Source: Dictyostelium discoideum (Eukaryota). From it: DNA of 64,000 nucleotides. A program made the position numbers and the translations under genes. Every line of letters begins with the position of its first letter. Position 1 is the first letter of the stretch. Positions 61,096 through 64,000 of the stretch are shown piece by piece. The notes under the pieces were generated by a model. The model searched no databases. It was not told the DNA's origin and saw only the letters and a list, made by a program, of their open reading frames with translations. The stretch lies in the NCBI GenBank assembly GCA_000004695.1, contig CM000151.3:320001-384000 (forward strand). Direction: 5' to 3'.

Positions 61096-64000
61096 TGGAT
61101 TAACAAGATTGATATATGTCCATCTGTGTTAATACGAGTTTTATTTAATATTTATTTAAAGGCTTATCGTTTAAGCTGAAGGGTTATTTTAATCATATGA
61201 ATTGATCAAAAGATATAATATTTGGGAGAGATGATTCTGGAATACAATAGTAATTAGCTGTTGTTTTTCTTAGCTTGATCGTTGAAGTGAGAAGGATCTT
61301 AGGATCTTTGAAGTTATTATGGTCTTTTGCAGATAAGTTTTTCAGATCTTTTGCTTTTTTGATGTATTCTAGAGTGGCCAATTTGTGCCATTTCTTTAGA
61401 AGGGAGCTGTATGATAGTGATTCATCTGTTAAAGGATCTTTACTGTATATTTGATTGCAAATTCAAATTCAAATGTTGTGGAGGATAAGGGCCATTAAGT
61501 TTCTATATGCGAATGATCTGGTTAGATCATAGTCTATTGCTTTATATTTTCATTCAAAGTATTCTTTGTGGAATCTGTGGTTGGCGTAATCTGCATTCAC
61601 TTCTTGATCTTTTTTGGCTGTCGGTGATAATTTTGGAGTTATTCTATTAATGAAATTGTTATTTTGCCTAATTCTTGTATGGTGCCAGTTTTTACCTTTG
61701 CCTGTGGTAATATAGATGAAATTTTTGAGTTTATTTATTTTTATGAATTGTTTTGTTTTCTTACATGAGAAGAACAGGTGGCCGTATGGGTCTTTGCTCA
61801 TATCTTCTTTGCAGAGTGGGCATTGTTTGTTGTGAAGGTAGTTTATTGGAAGGCATCTGGCATGGAATCTAAATATTGTGTCTCTTGTTTTAGGGTCTTT
61901 TATCTTCAGTATGTTGTTGAAGAGTTGATTATAGCTGTAGCCTCTTAAGTTTAGAGATGATTGGAATTCCGTTTTAGGGATGGTTGGATTTTGGTCTTGA
62001 ATTGTTGTATACCATTCTGCCAGTGAAAGTGGTTGTCCATTTTCGTTTTTTATGGATGTGAGATTATTGTTGAAGATTGCTTTTGTGATTCTTATTTTGT
62101 TCCATTCGTCTAAGTTTTCTTTTAGGTATCTGGATGTGAATTTGTTTTTTTGGATCTGATATTCCCAGCTTTTGTCATAGCTAAAAGTAGGGGGCTGGAA
62201 CATTTGGAATATAGAATTGAGACAACTGGCGCAGAAACTTTGGATCATAAACCAGTTCATCCTAGCACTAGAAACCAAACAAACAAACTCATCTCATCAC
62301 AGAATAACTTGAAATCCACTAGCATTTTTGTTGTTTGGTGCCGATAAAAACCATTCGACTAATTTATTGATTTGGTTTAATTCCTCTTCCTTAAAGTTCT
62401 CTACATATGAATAGTAGGTTAATTTAGAGAGTGCGAATGCTTTGAGGATGTTGGTTTTGGTTTTGATTGTTGAGTCAGTGGTTTTCCATAGTACTAAGGA
62501 TGATCTTATTGTGTTTAATATTTCTGGCATTTTTCTTGTTATCCCTTTACCTGTGAAGAAGTATCCCAAGTATCTTTCTGGATTTGTAGATATTGGAATT
62601 CTTTGGTTGGTATTGTCTGGGTTGCCTATAAGAATTGATGAAGATTTGTCGATGTTTAGTTTTGAGGAAGTGGCTTTGCAAAATGAATTGAAGTGTTGTA
62701 GTACTAATTCAAGTTGTTGAGAGTCTGGGACCATTGAAGCCGAGTCGTCTGCAAAGCTTTGGAATTTCTCTCTGTGGTTGCTGTTGTTTAGAGGAAGGCC
62801 AGTAATTCGATCATCTTGTAAAATTTTTCTAGCTAAAGCCTCTATTACAAGGACGAACAGTGTGGGTGATAGTGGATCTCCTTGTTTAACTCCTCTTTTG
62901 ATCTCAAAGGGTATAGTAGTTCTACCATTAATTTCAATTCTTGCTTCAGATTTGGTGAGTAGATTCATTATCAGGTTGATTATATTGGTTGGAATGTTGA
63001 TGTGTTGTAGTGATCTAAGTATTGAACCGTGTGAGATCGAGTCAAAAGCTTTTTCGAAATCATATAGTGTAATTATTCCGTTAATTCTTTTATCATTACA
63101 ATAGTTGATTAATTCGTTCATTGATATGATATTATCTATAATGAATCTGCCTGGTACGAAACCTTTTTGATTGTGGTTGATCACTTTCGTTAGTATTGGG
63201 ATTATTCTATTGTTTATTAGCTTTGAGTGGATTTTATATATACAGTTAGCCAGTGTAATTGGTCTTCTGTTTTTGATTAGTTCGGGGTCTCCCTTTTTAG
63301 GTATCGTGATAATGAGGCCTTCTTTGTAATTTTTGCTAATTAGATGAGGATTTCTTAGAGTGTCGTTGAATGCTGAGGCCAGTATTGGAGCTAGTTTTTC
63401 TTTGTGTGTTATGTAGAATAAGTTTGGAATTCCATCTGGACCTGGAGATTTGTGTGGGTTCAGTTGTTTTATTACTTCTAGGATTTCTTGTGAGGTGAAT
63501 TCATTTTCAAGGTTGTCCCATGTTGAGTCCCTGGTCACTGTCCAATTTTCCAACATTTCGTAATGAGATAGTGGGTCATCTTCTTTGTAGTCATAAAGAT
63601 TTGAGTAATATTTTACGTATTCTTCTTCGATCAATTCCTGTTTGTTAATTGTTCTACCTTGTGCATCTTTTACTGCGTTGATGGTGAAATCATTGTGTCT
63701 TTTCTTGATTCTCGCGGAGATGTACTTGAGTGAGGTTTCTTCGCAATAGTTGTTCAATTCTTGTTTAAGTTGTTCTTCTCTTTTTTTAGATTCATTTATT
63801 GCTGAAAGGGTTGCGAAGGCTTGGTCTTTAAATTCTGTCTCTAGTAGGGAGATTAGATTTTTGATGTTTGCCTTATTGTTGTAGTCGTTTTGTTTTTGAA
63901 ATTCGGTGTATAGTTGTTTTATTTTGTTTAGTAAGCTGTTGAGTTGAGAGAAGGAAATAGAGTTATGGTTGGATGACAGCTCCCTTGAATAATCGTTAAG
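61021..64000 (-). mobile_element. Non-LTR (LINE-type) retrotransposon copy B, extending beyond the window end. Poly(A) tail (T about 70 on plus strand) 61021-61090; 3' UTR; ORF2 C-terminal Zn-finger domain 61550-62278; reverse transcriptase 62297-63757; upstream endonuclease region continues to 64000.
   Basis: Minus-strand ORF 62297-63757 has RT motifs: ...SPGPDGIPNLFY..., ...GFVPGRFIIDNIISMNELINYC..., ...ITLYDFEKAFDSISHGSIL..., ...FQSFADDSASMV... (FADD = the YXDD box). ORF 61550-62278: ...RFHARCLPINYLHNKQCPLCKEDMSKDPYGHLFFSCKKT.... The plus-strand ORFs 62442-62720 and 62778-63104 are antisense artefacts. Confidence 0.75.

Noticed and set aside
62442-63104. Plus-strand ORFs 62442-62720 and 62778-63104 (and 59549-59773) within the LINE copies
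   Set aside because: Antisense of the reverse-transcriptase ORF. They share the same spurious peptide (…SPCLTPLLIS…) in both LINE copies.

Overview
This is an extremely AT-rich eukaryotic window with long homopolymer runs, poly-N/Q coding repeats and short GTAAGT/GTATGT...AG introns. It is most consistent with Dictyostelium discoideum or a close relative, and is an accessory, transposon-rich region. Two tandem arrays of lineage-specific paralogs dominate it. Family 1, roughly 3.3-19.4 kb with one further minus-strand fragment near 54.5 kb, encodes F-box-like proteins starting MSTNKK.KTDN..IFQD; about 8 copies, 2 apparently intact. Family 2, roughly 23-51 kb plus a fragment at 57.6 kb, encodes proteins with a SAP/HeH-like N-terminus and ankyrin-like core starting MNN.ENEDD..ELEKK.LKSIKEIAQSY; about 9 copies, 1 intact. 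Several transposons of different classes interrupt the family-2 array. (i) A 3.8-kb Tdd-4/Ginger2-like DNA transposon (46284-50127) with about 105-bp terminal inverted repeats and a 5-bp TTATT target-site duplication, encoding a multi-exon rve-integrase-like protein. (ii) A Tc1-like element with an intron-containing transposase (43.4-45.0 kb). (iii) Two copies of an unclassified ~2.2-kb element with complex palindromic terminal inverted repeats, carrying a ~255-aa basic ORF (28023-30199; about 52569-54000). (iv) A nested and inverted cluster of non-LTR (LINE) retrotransposon copies at 57.7-64.0 kb. Host features include a cap 2'-O-methyltransferase (CMTR1)-like gene, a B-box zinc-finger FNIP-repeat gene, a Zn-cluster/basic coiled-coil gene, several small genes, a tRNA-Val(AAC), segmental duplications and GC-rich islands that may be structured RNAs. 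The supplied ORF track lists only Met-initiated ORFs, so internal exons were found by reading the sequence directly.
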